64,000 nt of DNA from Tardiphaga sp. Lineage in GTDB: Bacteria > Pseudomonadota > Alphaproteobacteria > Rhizobiales > Xanthobacteraceae. The translations under genes were made by a program, and so were the position numbers. The notes beneath the pieces are model-generated. The model had not been told where the DNA came from, ran no database searches, and saw nothing but the letters and a program-made list of their open reading frames with translations. The stretch is taken from contig NZ_JAQGJD010000333.1 of the NCBI RefSeq assembly GCF_028290785.1, forward strand, positions 108 through 64,107, written 5' to 3'. Below are positions 50,613 through 61,388 of this stretch, in pieces. Positions within the stretch are counted from its first letter, which is position 1, and every line of letters begins with the position of its first letter.

Positions 50613-52079
50613 TCAAAAGCCCTCCGGCGCGACAAACCCGCCGAACTCGCGCTCGATCAGTTCCGCGAGTTTCAGCGTGGTATGATCTTCCAGCCAGGGG
50701 CCGATAATCTGCAGGCCGATCGGCAATCCCTCATTCGATATCGCCACCGGGATCGCGGTGGCGGGCAGGCCGGGCAAAGTCGCGAGGCCGGGCCAGATCA
50801 GCTGATCGACATATGGATGATTGATGCCATCGATGTCGATATGACGCTTGTCCTGATCCGGCTCATGATCATGCGGATAGGCGGGCGTCGGCATCACCGG
50901 ACAGATCACGGCGTCGAAACTCTTGAACAGTTCGCGCCATTGTGCGCGCAAGCGGGTTCGGCTGCCATCGGCCATCAGCCAGTCGCGGTGGCTCAGCGCG
51001 GCGCCGCGCAGGCGTTCGGCTTTGAGGCTGCTGTCGTTGGGATCGAGTTTCGTCGCGGCGGCGACGCCCGTGGCATACGCGTCCGGTGGTGCGCCCGCGG
51101 CGAGCAGTCCCACCAGCATCCGCATATAAAGCCGCGCACTGGCTGCGAGGTCGGGCAGCAGCGGGCTTTCTCTGACAATGTGAACCCCGGCCCTGGTCAA
51201 ATTCGCGGCGAGCATTTCAACCGCGCTGCGCACGCTGCGGCCGCTTGGAATCAGCGGATGCACATCGAGCATCAGCACGCGAAAATCCTGCAGCGCCGTA
51301 TGTCGTGCGGACGGCAGCGCGAGCTTGTAGCCGACGCCTTCCTGCCAAGGATCCGGGCCGGCGATGACGTCGAGCAGCAGGCCGAGATCGGCGGCACAGC
51401 GGGCCATCGGCCCGATCACCGAGAGTTCGCGGCCGGATGGCAGCGGCGGAAAGGGCGGTGGCAGGTGGCCGCGGGTCGCCGCTAGCCCGAAAGTAGGCTT
51501 GTGCGCATAGATGCCGCAATAGTGGCCGGGCACCCGCAGTGAGCCGCCGATGTCGGAGCCGAGTGACAGCGCGCCATAGCCGGCAGCCAGCGCCGCCGAG
51601 GAGCCGCCGGACGAACCGCCGGGAGTGCGGCCGAGGTCGAACGGGTTGTTGGTGGTGCCGTAGATGTCGTTGTAGCTCTGCCAGTCGCCAAGCCCGAGCG
51701 GCACGTTGGTCTTGCCCAGGATCACACCGCCGGCGTCCTTGACCCGCGTGATCGCCAGCGCGTCTTCGGAAGCGATGAAATCCTTCTGCGCGACAAAGCC
51801 CCAAGTGGTCGGCGTGCCGGCGAGGTTGAAGGATTCCTTCACCGTCATGGGAATGCCGAGCAAAGGCCTGGTCTCGCCGCGGGCCAGCGCCGCGTCGGCT
51901 GCCCGGGCACCATCAAGGCCGCGTTCGAAGTCGCGGACGCAGACCGCGTTGACGTCGCCGTCGTGCTTTTCGATCTGCGCGATGGCGTCCTGTGCCAGTT
52001 CGACGGCAGATACACTTCTGGCCTTCAGCGCGGCCGACATTTCGGTGGCGGTCGCGAAAACGGAAACTGATGCGGTCAA
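50613..52079 (-). CDS. Amidase-signature family amidase
   Basis: MTVKES, GGSSGGS, LGSDIGGSLRVP. Confidence 0.92.
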   Translation of the reverse strand: MTASVSVFATATEMSAALKARSVSAVELAQDAIAQIEKHDGDVNAVCVRDFERGLDGARAADAALARGETRPLLGIPMTVKESFNLAGTPTTWGFVAQKDFIASEDALAITRVKDAGGVILGKTNVPLGLGDWQSYNDIYGTTNNPFDLGRTPGGSSGGSSAALAAGYGALSLGSDIGGSLRVPGHYCGIYAHKPTFGLAATRGHLPPPFPPLPSGRELSVIGPMARCAADLGLLLDVIAGPDPWQEGVGYKLALPSARHTALQDFRVLMLDVHPLIPSGRSVRSAVEMLAANLTRAGVHIVRESPLLPDLAASARLYMRMLVGLLAAGAPPDAYATGVAAATKLDPNDSSLKAERLRGAALSHRDWLMADGSRTRLRAQWRELFKSFDAVICPVMPTPAYPHDHEPDQDKRHIDIDGINHPYVDQLIWPGLATLPGLPATAIPVAISNEGLPIGLQIIGPWLEDHTTLKLAELIEREFGGFVAPEGF

Positions 52080-52142
52080 GACAGGCTCCTGCTGACGGAT
52101 GATCGGACAGCAGAGTGCGCAGTTCAGACGGGGCGTGCAAGC

Positions 52143-53297
52143 CTAGCGCGGCGCATGGGGCTCGCGCAAAAACTGCAGCAGCAGCCGGCTCACTTCGTGC
52201 GGTTGTTCCTGCTGCACCCAGTGCCCGGCGCCGTCAATCAGATACACCCCGCGCAGGTCGGTGCAGGCGGTGTTCTGCATCGCCTCGATGACGCCGGGGC
52301 GCTGGTAGATGCCCCAGTCCTGTTTTCCCGAGATGAAGCAGGACGGCACGTCGATGGTGCGGCCGGACCAGGTTTCATATTCGGCAGTGAAGATGCCCGA
52401 GGTGCCGCAGCGATACCATTGCAGCCCGCCCTGAAACCCGGTGCGGGCATATTCGGCAGCGTAGAAAGCGAGTTCGCGATCCGGGAGCCAGGTGTTGGAT
52501 GCGATCTGGACAGGCGAAGGCATCTCTTCGGCGACGGTCTCGGCCATGGTCTTGCCGAGGTCCATCACATAATAGGTCGGCAGTTTCGCCAGTTCGTTCG
52601 CCGTCCAGCCTTGCAACGGATACGGCGTGTTGCCGGGCCAGTCCGCGCTCTTGTGGTGATAGTAGGCGCGCAGGAAATCATGCACGCCCTGCGGCGCGTG
52701 CTGCATGTGGGCATTGGCGTCACGCCGGGAATAATACCATTGGTAGTGCTCGCGCGGTCGCGGCAGAGCGGCGAGGTCGCGATGAACCGGATCTTCTTGC
52801 TTTGGCGCAGCCAGCTTGTTGGCGGTGTCGAACGGCAGCGGCGGCGGCCCGGCAAACGGCGCGCTCATCAAGGCGAGGGATCGAAACACATCCGGCCGCA
52901 CCAGCGCGCACCACGCCGCCACCGACGAGCCGGAATCGTGTCCCACCACGGCATCGACATGACGACAACCGAACGCCGAAACCAGCCCCAGCGCGTCGCG
53001 CACCAGGTTGAGCAGCCGGAACGGTGCGAGGTCGCCGTCATAGTCCGCATCCCAGCCGGTGGTGCGGCCATAGCCGCGCTGGTCCGGTGCGATGACGTGG
53101 TAGCCGGCGGCGGCGAGCGCCGGCATCACCTTGCGCCAGCTAAAGGCGAGCTCCGGAAAGCCGTGCAGCAGCAGCAGGCAGGGCCGGCCCTGGCTCTCGA
53201 AGCCGGCTTCCAGCACGTGCATGCGCAGGCCCTTGATATCATCCACGAAGCGCGAGCGAATTCCGGATGGCAGAATATCGGAGGAGATAGGGTCCAA
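52143..53297 (-). CDS. Epoxide hydrolase-like alpha/beta hydrolase
   Basis: LHGFPE, PDQRGYG, VGHDSG, GAGHWVQQEQP. Confidence 0.9.
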   Translation of the reverse strand: MDPISSDILPSGIRSRFVDDIKGLRMHVLEAGFESQGRPCLLLLHGFPELAFSWRKVMPALAAAGYHVIAPDQRGYGRTTGWDADYDGDLAPFRLLNLVRDALGLVSAFGCRHVDAVVGHDSGSSVAAWCALVRPDVFRSLALMSAPFAGPPPLPFDTANKLAAPKQEDPVHRDLAALPRPREHYQWYYSRRDANAHMQHAPQGVHDFLRAYYHHKSADWPGNTPYPLQGWTANELAKLPTYYVMDLGKTMAETVAEEMPSPVQIASNTWLPDRELAFYAAEYARTGFQGGLQWYRCGTSGIFTAEYETWSGRTIDVPSCFISGKQDWGIYQRPGVIEAMQNTACTDLRGVYLIDGAGHWVQQEQPHEVSRLLLQFLREPHAPR

Positions 53298-53412
53298 GGC
53301 GTTCGCTCCCGCTGGATTTTGATTCTTGATTTTAAATCAATCCTAGCACGGGCGTTGTCTTAACTTCTTCCTGCAAGAGCGGGGCGAAGGAGCACGCGCG
53401 TGGCGCGAAATA

Positions 53413-54651
53413 CTATCTTCGAAACCGTGCCACCAGTTCGACATGCGGTGTATGGCGGAACTGGTCCACCGGCGTGACGCTGTCGATCTTGTAGCCGCCA
53501 TCGATCAGGATCCTGGCATCGCGCACGAAGCTCTGCACGTTGCAGGACACCGCGACCACGGTCGGGATCTTGCTGGCCGCCAGCTTTTCGGCTTGCGCCT
53601 GCGCGCCCTGCCGCGGCGGATCGAACACCACGGCGTCGATGTCGCGCAACTCCTGCGCCACCATCGGGCGGTGAAACAGGTCTCGCACCGCGGCCTGGAT
53701 CGGCTTCAAACCCGATGTGTCTTTTGCCGCCTGTTGCAGCGACAGGATGGCGCCGGCGTCGCTGTCGAACGCCACAATCCGCGATTTCGCGGCGAGCCGC
53801 AACGCGAACGGGCCGACGCCGCAGAACAGGTCGGCGACCACCTTCGAGCCCTTGCAGTACTTTACCACGAGCGCGGCGAGGGCTTCCTCGCCGGCGGCCG
53901 TGGCCTGCAGGAACGAGCCTGGCGGCAGGACCACTTGCGCAGCGCCGACCTGGATCATCGGCGGGTTGCGCATCAGGACCAGTTCGCCATGGCGCGTCAG
54001 CCTTGCGAGCTTGTGGGTTTCGGCAAGCCGCGACAGCGCGGCGATCAGCGGCGCCGGCAGCGGGCCAGTGCCGCGCACGTCGATGTCGAGGCCGTTGCTG
54101 GCCGCGGTGACCTGGATGTCGAGCGGCTTGTTGGTGGGTTTCAGCAGCTCCGCGAGCGCGCGCGCCGCATCGAGTGCGCCTTTCAGGCCGGGATCGAGGA
54201 TCGGGCAATCGTCGATGGCGATGATGGCGTGGCTGGCAGCGGCGGCAAAGCCGACGCGCAGGTTGCCGTCGCCGCCGCGCCGCGCATGCACGGTGATGCG
54301 GCGACGGCCGGCGCCATGGGCATCGATGATCGGATCGACCGGGCATTCGATCCTGGCGTGGGCAAGCGTATCGACCACGGTCTGCCGCTTCCAGGCCTGA
54401 TACGGATCGGGTTGCCAGTGCTGGATGGCGCAGCCACCGCAGCGGCCGAAATAGGTGCAAAAGGGATCGATGCGTTCGGTGCTGGGGGTCTCGACGTGGA
54501 TGAGATGCCGGCGCTCAGCGTGGCCGGCGACGGGCTCGGCCTCGATGATCTCGCCGGCCAGCGTATAGGGCACGAACAGCGCTTCGCCCGCCGCATAGCC
54601 GACGCCGTCGCCGCGCTGTCCGACATGGTCGATGGTGAGTCGTTCAACCAC
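53413..54651 (-). CDS. rlmD: 23S rRNA m5U methyltransferase (RlmD/RumA family)
   Basis: [10 protein letters not shown] Fe-S motif, [32 protein letters not shown]. Confidence 0.88.
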   Translation of the reverse strand: MVERLTIDHVGQRGDGVGYAAGEALFVPYTLAGEIIEAEPVAGHAERRHLIHVETPSTERIDPFCTYFGRCGGCAIQHWQPDPYQAWKRQTVVDTLAHARIECPVDPIIDAHGAGRRRITVHARRGGDGNLRVGFAAAASHAIIAIDDCPILDPGLKGALDAARALAELLKPTNKPLDIQVTAASNGLDIDVRGTGPLPAPLIAALSRLAETHKLARLTRHGELVLMRNPPMIQVGAAQVVLPPGSFLQATAAGEEALAALVVKYCKGSKVVADLFCGVGPFALRLAAKSRIVAFDSDAGAILSLQQAAKDTSGLKPIQAAVRDLFHRPMVAQELRDIDAVVFDPPRQGAQAQAEKLAASKIPTVVAVSCNVQSFVRDARILIDGGYKIDSVTPVDQFRHTPHVELVARFRR

Positions 54652-55399
54652 GGCGCGCGCCGAGGAAGAATTCGAGATTGCCGTCGCCGCCGGCGATGGG
54701 GGAGGGGAAGATGTCAATGTCAGTACAGCCTTGTGTCGCAGCGAATGCGGCGATGTCATCGCACACCGCCTGGTGGACGGCAGCGTCCTTGATGATGCCC
54801 CGCTTGGAATGTTGGCGCGGCGCCTCGAATTGCGGCTTGATCAGCGCCAGCAGATGCATCGGCGCTGCCGCCAGCGACAAAGCCACCGGAAGTACGGCCT
54901 TCAGCGAGATGAAACTGACGTCGATCACGACGACATCGGGCCGCGCCGGCAGCCGCTTGTTCTCGTAAGCGCGGATGTCGGTCTCTTCCATCGAGACGAT
55001 TTTGGGATGTCCCTGCAGCGAGGGGTGCAACTGGCCGCGGCCGACATCGATGGCGAACACCATGCTGGCGCCATTGGCCAGCAGCACTTCGGTGAAGCCA
55101 CCGGTCGAGGCGCCGACGTCGAGGCAGACGTGGTCCTCGATCTCTATCGGGTAGCGCTCCAGCGCGCCGGACAGCTTGACGCCGCCGCGCGAGACGAAGG
55201 GATGCGCGGGCTCTGCCTGGATCACGGCGTCTTCCGGAATGCTTTCCGACGCCTTGGCGACCCGCTTGTCGTCGGCGATCACCAGGCCGGCCTCGATCGC
55301 CGCCTGCGCCCTCGCGCGACTTTCGAACAATCCGCGCTCGACCAGCAGCAGGTCGGCGCGCTTGCGTGCGGTAGGCGCGTTGACGGGGCGCTTGGCCAT
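54644..55399 (-). CDS. tlyA: TlyA-family rRNA 2'-O-methyltransferase
   Basis: S4 domain, [33 protein letters not shown]. Confidence 0.94.
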   Translation of the reverse strand: MAKRPVNAPTARKRADLLLVERGLFESRARAQAAIEAGLVIADDKRVAKASESIPEDAVIQAEPAHPFVSRGGVKLSGALERYPIEIEDHVCLDVGASTGGFTEVLLANGASMVFAIDVGRGQLHPSLQGHPKIVSMEETDIRAYENKRLPARPDVVVIDVSFISLKAVLPVALSLAAAPMHLLALIKPQFEAPRQHSKRGIIKDAAVHQAVCDDIAAFAATQGCTDIDIFPSPIAGGDGNLEFFLGARRG

Positions 55400-55401
55400 G
55401 A

Positions 55402-55944
55402 TCAGAGCGCTGCCGCGAGGCGGACGCAGGCCTCGAAGCTGGTCAGGTCATGCCAGAGGTCATCGGGCGCCCGGTGCGGCACGACGAGCGGCGCGCCGTG
55501 CAGTTCAAGCCCGTGGATCATCATCAGATTGTCGGTGTGCCCGAAATTCTCCACAGTCAGTCCGTCGCCATCGACCAGATGGCCATCCTGCGAGGTAACC
55601 TGCGAGCGTTCGCGCACCCGATCGACGTACAGCGTGGGGTCGTTGCTGTAGCCGAAGCAGGGCTTCCCGCGCCCCGCCATGTAACCGAGTTCATACACCG
55701 TCCCGGCGTCGGCGCCGGGGCCGCGAAACGGCGTCAGATTGGCGATGATCGCGTCGGCCTCGTTCATCATGGTCTCGTTGCCGCGAAAAATTTGTAGCGA
55801 GGCGCTATCAGCCGCAAGATCGATGATGTTGTCGAGCGGGTAAAGCCCGATCAGGCCGCGCCGGGCGCAGATATCGACCTTGCGTCGCCCGATGGCGACG
55901 GCGTCCGGCAGGAAGACATCGGGGCCTGCGAGGTAGATTTTCAT
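55402..55944 (-). CDS. Nucleoside 2-deoxyribosyltransferase-like protein
   Basis: IYLAGPDVF, FRGPGADAGTVYELGY, NLMM. Confidence 0.88.
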   Translation of the reverse strand: MKIYLAGPDVFLPDAVAIGRRKVDICARRGLIGLYPLDNIIDLAADSASLQIFRGNETMMNEADAIIANLTPFRGPGADAGTVYELGYMAGRGKPCFGYSNDPTLYVDRVRERSQVTSQDGHLVDGDGLTVENFGHTDNLMMIHGLELHGAPLVVPHRAPDDLWHDLTSFEACVRLAAAL

Positions 55945-55959
55945 GCCGGATGCATCCAT

Positions 55960-56044
55960 CGTCATTGCGAGGAGCACTTGCGACGAAGCAATCCAGAATG
56001 TGCGTTGTGGCTCTCTGGATTGCTTCGCTGCGCTCGCAATGACG
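55960..56044. repeat. GTCATTGCGAG...GAAGCAATCCAG/CTGGATTGCTTC...CTCGCAATGAC palindromic element
   Basis: Near-perfect long dyad; relative nested at 2788-2930. Confidence 0.88.
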
Positions 56045-56072
56045 AACGCAGCGCTGTCGTGTCAGGCCCGGC

Positions 56073-57998
56073 TTAAGCCAGCTTCACTGTCTCGGCGGTA
56101 AAGTCCTTGCCGAGGGTCTCGAACACCTTTTTCACGATGCCCTTGGCGTCGAGTCCGGCGCGGCCGTACATCGCGGCCGGCGAATCGTGGTCCTGAAAGA
56201 CGTCGGGCAGCACCAGCGAGCGCATCCGCAACCCGCCGTCGAGCATGCCGTTGTCGGACAGGAACTGCATGACGTGGCTGCCGAAACCGCCGATCGAGCC
56301 TTCCTCGATGGTCAGCAGGATCTCGTGGTCGCGCGCCAGCTTCAGGATCATGTCCTCGTCGAGCGGCTTCATGAAGCGCGCGTCGGCGATGGTGGTGGAC
56401 AGGCCAAGCGTGGCGAGTTCGTCGGCTGCCTTCTCGCACTCGGCGAGACGGGTGCCGAACGACAACAGCGCGATCTTGGTGCCCTCGCGGACAATCCGGC
56501 CCTTGCCGATTTCCAGGGGGATGCCGACTTCCGGCATCTCGACACCACGGCCTTCGCCGCGCGGATAACGCAGCGCGCTCGGCCGGTCGTCGATGGCGAC
56601 CTGAGTGGCGACCATGTGGACCAGTTCGGCCTCGTCGGACGCCGCCATGATGACGAAGTTCGGCAGGCAGCCGAGATAGGCGTTGTCGAACGAGCCCGCA
56701 TGGGTAGCGCCGTCGGCGCCGACCAGGCCGGCACGGTCGATGGCAAAACGCACCGGCAGGCCTTGGATCGCGACGTCGTGGACGATCTGGTCATAGCCGC
56801 GCTGCAGGAATGTCGAATAGATCGCACAGAACGGCTTGTAGCCCTCGGTGGCCAGACCCGCGGCGAAAGTCACTGCGTGCTGTTCGGCGATGCCGACGTC
56901 GAAGGTGCGGTCGGGATAGGCCTTGTTGAAGATGTCGACGCCGGTGCCCGACGGCATTGCCGCGGTGATGGCGACGATCTTGTCGTCCTTGGCGGCTTCC
57001 TTGACCAGCGAGGCGCCAAACACGTTCTGGTAGGACGGCGCGTTGGGCTTGGATTTGGACTGTGCGCCGGTGGCGATGTCGAACTTGACCACCGCGTGAT
57101 ACTTGTCGGCCGCGGCTTCCGCCGGGCCGTAGCCCTTGCCCTTCTGGGTCACGACATGGACCAGGATGGGGCCGGTCTCCATGTCGCGGACGTTCTGCAA
57201 CACCGGCAGCAGATGGTCGAGATTGTGACCGTCGATCGGGCCGACGTAATAGAAGCCGAGCTCCTCGAACAGCGTTCCGCCACCGGCCATGAAGGCGCGG
57301 GAGTATTCCTCGACGCGACCGGCGCGATCGGCGATCACCTTCGGCAGATGTTTGCCAAGCTGCTTGGCGGCGTCGCGCAGCGAGCGGTAGGTCTTGCCCG
57401 AATACATCCGCGACAGATAGGCCGACATGGCGCCGACCGGCGGCGCGATCGACATGTCGTTGTCGTTGAGGATGACGATCAGGCGGGAATTCATCGCGCC
57501 GGCGTTGTTCATGGCCTCGTAGGCCATGCCGGCTGACATCGCGCCGTCACCAATCACGGCGATAACGTTGTTCTTGCCGCCCGAAAGGTCGCGGGCAACG
57601 GCCATGCCGAGGCCGGCGGAAATCGAGGTCGAGGAATGCGCGGCGCCGAACGGGTCGTATTCGCTCTCGGTCCGCTTGGTGAAGCCGGACAGGCCGCCCG
57701 CGGTGCGCAGGGTGCGAATCCGGTCGCGGCGGCCGGTCAGGATCTTGTGCGGATAGGCCTGATGGCCGACGTCCCAAATCAGGCGGTCGCGCGGGGTATC
57801 GAATACGTAATGCAGGGCGGTCGTCAGTTCGACGACGCCTAGGCCGGCGCCAAAATGGCCTCCGGTCTCCGACACGGCATCGATGGTCTCCTGACGCAAT
57901 TCGTCGGCGACCTGTCGAATCTGCTCGACCTTCAACTTGCGGAGATCTTCCGGAGTCTTGATCGTATCGAGCAGCGGTGTCTTACTAAAATCGGTCAC
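56073..57998 (-). CDS. dxs: 1-deoxy-D-xylulose-5-phosphate synthase
   Basis: [43 protein letters not shown]. Confidence 0.98.
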   Translation of the reverse strand: MTDFSKTPLLDTIKTPEDLRKLKVEQIRQVADELRQETIDAVSETGGHFGAGLGVVELTTALHYVFDTPRDRLIWDVGHQAYPHKILTGRRDRIRTLRTAGGLSGFTKRTESEYDPFGAAHSSTSISAGLGMAVARDLSGGKNNVIAVIGDGAMSAGMAYEAMNNAGAMNSRLIVILNDNDMSIAPPVGAMSAYLSRMYSGKTYRSLRDAAKQLGKHLPKVIADRAGRVEEYSRAFMAGGGTLFEELGFYYVGPIDGHNLDHLLPVLQNVRDMETGPILVHVVTQKGKGYGPAEAAADKYHAVVKFDIATGAQSKSKPNAPSYQNVFGASLVKEAAKDDKIVAITAAMPSGTGVDIFNKAYPDRTFDVGIAEQHAVTFAAGLATEGYKPFCAIYSTFLQRGYDQIVHDVAIQGLPVRFAIDRAGLVGADGATHAGSFDNAYLGCLPNFVIMAASDEAELVHMVATQVAIDDRPSALRYPRGEGRGVEMPEVGIPLEIGKGRIVREGTKIALLSFGTRLAECEKAADELATLGLSTTIADARFMKPLDEDMILKLARDHEILLTIEEGSIGGFGSHVMQFLSDNGMLDGGLRMRSLVLPDVFQDHDSPAAMYGRAGLDAKGIVKKVFETLGKDFTAETVKLA

Positions 57999-58343
57999 GG
58001 CACTATTCCAATTTTACATGTCCGGGACTGCGTCCGGCCCGGGGTGGCGGCGTTTCCGCGCGTCACAATCCGGACACTCGCAGCCTCCAGAACCGGGAAG
58101 CCTTGTTCGAAGCCTTGTAATGGGCTTCGCTGTTTCACTGTGATATCTAGCATGCTTGGCAGCTCCCTCCCTCTGAACATTTTTGTCAGATGGTTGAAGC
58201 GCTTATCAACGTTAAGGACCGGCATTTCAGCCCGCCCGTCAGCGCATAGTCTCAGTCCCTTTACACCAAAGCAGCGACCAAAGCCAACCGCGCTGCCACA
58301 TCTTTGGAGGGTGTGTTTAGATACTATACACGTTCTAGTAGCA

Positions 58344-59651
58344 TTAACCAAGGCGGCGGGCGACCGGTTCGGGAGCCCCTGCATCGGCGGGATGCAGGCT
58401 TTGGGTCCCCAAGTCTAGTCTCTGCCATGCATTTTGGCGGGATATGGGGTCGCCCGTGACCAGCGCCAGCGCAGCGGTCGGCTTGGTGAAACGCTCTTTC
58501 AGCGGGACCGGGCCGCAGACTATCATGTAGAAATCGTAAGAATGCGGCCGCTCGTTGGCCATGACGAACTGGAAATGCACCCGGAAGAACTTCCAGCGGA
58601 AGCGGTTGTAATGTTCCGCGCGGATGATTTCGCGGAACCGGACCGGTACAATGGTAGGATTGCGCTTCTGGGGGCCGGCGTCGATGCCGTGGCCGGCGAC
58701 CGGATCAAACGGAAAGAAGTTCATCACGTCCTTGCGTGACTGGCAGTCGATCCAGTCGATCGACGGCTCCACCGCCAGCCGCCGCAGGTTGTCGCGAAAT
58801 CCGGTCGCGGCCTTGTGGAAGCCGACGATCGGCATGTTGCCGCCCAGCGTCAGCAGCACCACCCGGGGGCCGTGACGGCCCAGCTCGGGATCCAGTTTCA
58901 GCGCCCGCGCGACGATTTCGGAGCCGAGGAAAGAACCCGAGCTGTGGCCCACCAGGACGATTTCCTGGGCCTCGCTGGTGCGGGCAACCTCGACGAGGCG
59001 CTGCGCGAAACGATCGATCCGGGCGTCCCAGTCCGGCCGCTGGCCGTGGGAGAATTGCCAGGTAAAGATGGTGTCGGACATCAGATAGAGCAGGTAGCTG
59101 AGGTGCTCGGTCGTCCTCAGCAGCGTGCCGAGCACGGCCACGAACACCGCCAGCGCCCCGGCGCCGACCAGAAAGCCGTGAATTCCGAGCCATTGCAGCC
59201 CGAAACCGAACACCCACGCGATCGCAGCCGACCAGATCGCCTCGTTGAGCAGCAGGACGTGCGGATAGCTGATGAAGGTGGCAAATCGCCAATGGGCTGA
59301 CCAGAACCGGCCCATGGTGCCGGAAAACACCAGACGCCAGTAGATCGCGATGGCATAGGCCAGCGTACGCCAGATCGGCCACGCCAAATCGCGCTGGATC
59401 AGGTCTTCCCAGCGCAGGAAATCGTAATCGGTACGGGTCTGCCAGCCCTGGCCGGAGGTCTCGATGCTCCAGGAGGCGGATTCAGCGGAAAACTCGCCGT
59501 CGGGCGGGCCCTTCGGCCGGCTCACCGTGGTGGCGAGGTCGTACAGGCGCCCGAACTTGCGCAGTTCGGTGCGAAACATGCGGTAATACTGCGAGAGGCC
59601 CCGCGGATCGTATCCCTGCACATAGATGACATGACGGTGCTGGATGCGCAC
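58344..59651 (-). CDS. Hypothetical membrane-associated alpha/beta-hydrolase-like protein
   Basis: Long GC3-rich ORF, two central TM segments, VLVGHSSG elbow. Confidence 0.8.
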   Translation of the reverse strand: MRIQHRHVIYVQGYDPRGLSQYYRMFRTELRKFGRLYDLATTVSRPKGPPDGEFSAESASWSIETSGQGWQTRTDYDFLRWEDLIQRDLAWPIWRTLAYAIAIYWRLVFSGTMGRFWSAHWRFATFISYPHVLLLNEAIWSAAIAWVFGFGLQWLGIHGFLVGAGALAVFVAVLGTLLRTTEHLSYLLYLMSDTIFTWQFSHGQRPDWDARIDRFAQRLVEVARTSEAQEIVLVGHSSGSFLGSEIVARALKLDPELGRHGPRVVLLTLGGNMPIVGFHKAATGFRDNLRRLAVEPSIDWIDCQSRKDVMNFFPFDPVAGHGIDAGPQKRNPTIVPVRFREIIRAEHYNRFRWKFFRVHFQFVMANERPHSYDFYMIVCGPVPLKERFTKPTAALALVTGDPISRQNAWQRLDLGTQSLHPADAGAPEPVARRLG

Positions 59652-59727
59652 GCTGGTTCCCCGGAATGAGTGCGGGACTATAGCCCGATGGATGCGCGAA
59701 GCGCTAATTCGGGCGGACTGTTTCCGC

Positions 59728-59979
59728 TCACTCGACGTCCAGCGGCTCCGTGCCGGTGACCTGGCCGCTGGAATCCGTGGTGATCTTGTCGACCCGGGCC
59801 TCGGCCTGGCGCAGCAACTCGTCGCAGCGCCGCTTCAGGGCCTCGCCGCGCTCGTAGATGGCTACTGATTCCTCCAGCGGCACCTTGCCGTCTTCCAGCC
59901 GCTTGACGATGGTCTCGAGCTCTTCGATGGCGCGCTCGAAGGTCAGCTTCTTGACGTCCGCATGGGTCGGTTCGGCCAT
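59728..59979 (-). CDS. xseB: Exodeoxyribonuclease VII small subunit
   Basis: TFERAIEELETIVKRLEDGKVPLEESVAIYERG; typical position upstream of dxs. Confidence 0.95.
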   Translation of the reverse strand: MAEPTHADVKKLTFERAIEELETIVKRLEDGKVPLEESVAIYERGEALKRRCDELLRQAEARVDKITTDSSGQVTGTEPLDVE

Positions 59980-60050
59980 ATCGCGTTCCTGCTGCGCGCC
60001 CTCGGGGACGCCGATTCAAGATGATGTTTGAGGGCGGAGTGTGGCGGGAA

Positions 60051-60977
60051 TCATGCGCCCATCAGCGCGGTGACATGGGCCGCCACCGATTCCTTCAGGC
60101 CCTGCAGATCATAGCCACCCTCCAGCACCGAGACAATGCGGCCGCCGGCGCTCTTGTCGGCTTGGTCCATCAGCTTGCGCGTCACCCAGCCGAAATCCTC
60201 CGCGTCGAGATTGAGCGAAGCCAGCGGATCGCGGCGATGTGCATCGAAGCCGGCGGAGATGATGATCAGTTCCGGCGCAAATTTCTGCAGCTGCGGCAGA
60301 ATCAGGTTCTCGAACGCCATGCGGAATTTAGCGCCGCCGTCGCCATCGGCCAGCGGCGCGTTGACCACGGTGTCGTGCTCGCCGCGTTCGCCGCTCGCCC
60401 CGGTACCGGGAAACAGCGGCATCTGGTGCGTCGAGCAATACATCACCGTGGGATCCGACCAGAAAATGTCCTGGGTGCCGTTGCCATGGTGGACGTCGAA
60501 ATCCACCACTGCGGCGCGTCCAATGCCGTAGGTGCGCTGCGCGTAACGCGCCGCAATCGCTGCCTGGTCGAAGAAACAGAAGCCCATCGGCTTGTTGATC
60601 TCGGCGTGGTGGCCGGGCGGCCGCGTGGCCACGAAGGCGTTGGTGGTCTCGCCCTTCATCACCGCGTCGGTCGCCGCGACCGCACCGCCGACGCCGCGCA
60701 TCACTGCTTCCCAGGTGCCGGGCGACATCGAGGTGTCGCCGTCGAGATAGATCATGCCGCTGGACGGCGCGACGTGGCGCAACTCGTCGATGTAGTGCCC
60801 GTCATGGCACAGCCCGACCACGTCGAGATTGCCCTCGGGCGCCTCGCCGCGCACCAGCGCATCGAAGCGCGCTTCACCCAGCACCGTCGCCACCGCCCGC
60901 AGCCGGTCGGGACGTTCGGGGTGGCCGGGCGGCGTATCGTGATCGAGGCAGGCCAGATGCGACAGCAGCAGCGTCAT
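60051..60977 (-). CDS. Histone deacetylase-family (AcuC/AphA-like) protein
   Basis: GHPERPDRL, RPPGHHA, DFDVHHGNGTQ, SAGFDAH, LEGGY. Confidence 0.94.
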   Translation of the reverse strand: MTLLLSHLACLDHDTPPGHPERPDRLRAVATVLGEARFDALVRGEAPEGNLDVVGLCHDGHYIDELRHVAPSSGMIYLDGDTSMSPGTWEAVMRGVGGAVAATDAVMKGETTNAFVATRPPGHHAEINKPMGFCFFDQAAIAARYAQRTYGIGRAAVVDFDVHHGNGTQDIFWSDPTVMYCSTHQMPLFPGTGASGERGEHDTVVNAPLADGDGGAKFRMAFENLILPQLQKFAPELIIISAGFDAHRRDPLASLNLDAEDFGWVTRKLMDQADKSAGGRIVSVLEGGYDLQGLKESVAAHVTALMGA

Positions 60978-61388
60978 ACAGGGATTCCAGGCGCGGGATG
61001 CGCGGGTGTTGAAGGGTAGCTTAATTGCTGGAACCGGGTTCCGAAAGGGGTGGTGTCCTCGCTTTGGATAGGGATGGTGGCGTTACGGCAGCGCCGGAGG
61101 CCTGTGATAGCGCCTACGCATCCATCGTGCGAACCAAAGAGAGGTTTGCTGGCCAACGCTCCGGCTATCAGGAGCAGTGCCTTGTCATTGTCATTTGCAT
61201 TTAACTGCTGATTCAGGATGATCCACTCTCGGCCGGTTCGTCGGGTGAAATTTGATATGCTGAAACCTCTGGTGAATATCGTTGAAATAGCGGTCTTCAC
61301 ATTACGCACATGCTTCTGAAGTTATGCCCGTTAGGGCATTGGAAGCATCGGAACGCCAACCGCGATCTTTCACGATTCATAGGGCTCA

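Noticed and set aside
53326-53340. FNR/FixK box
   Set aside because: Spacing is TTGAT-N5-ATCAA, not the required N4
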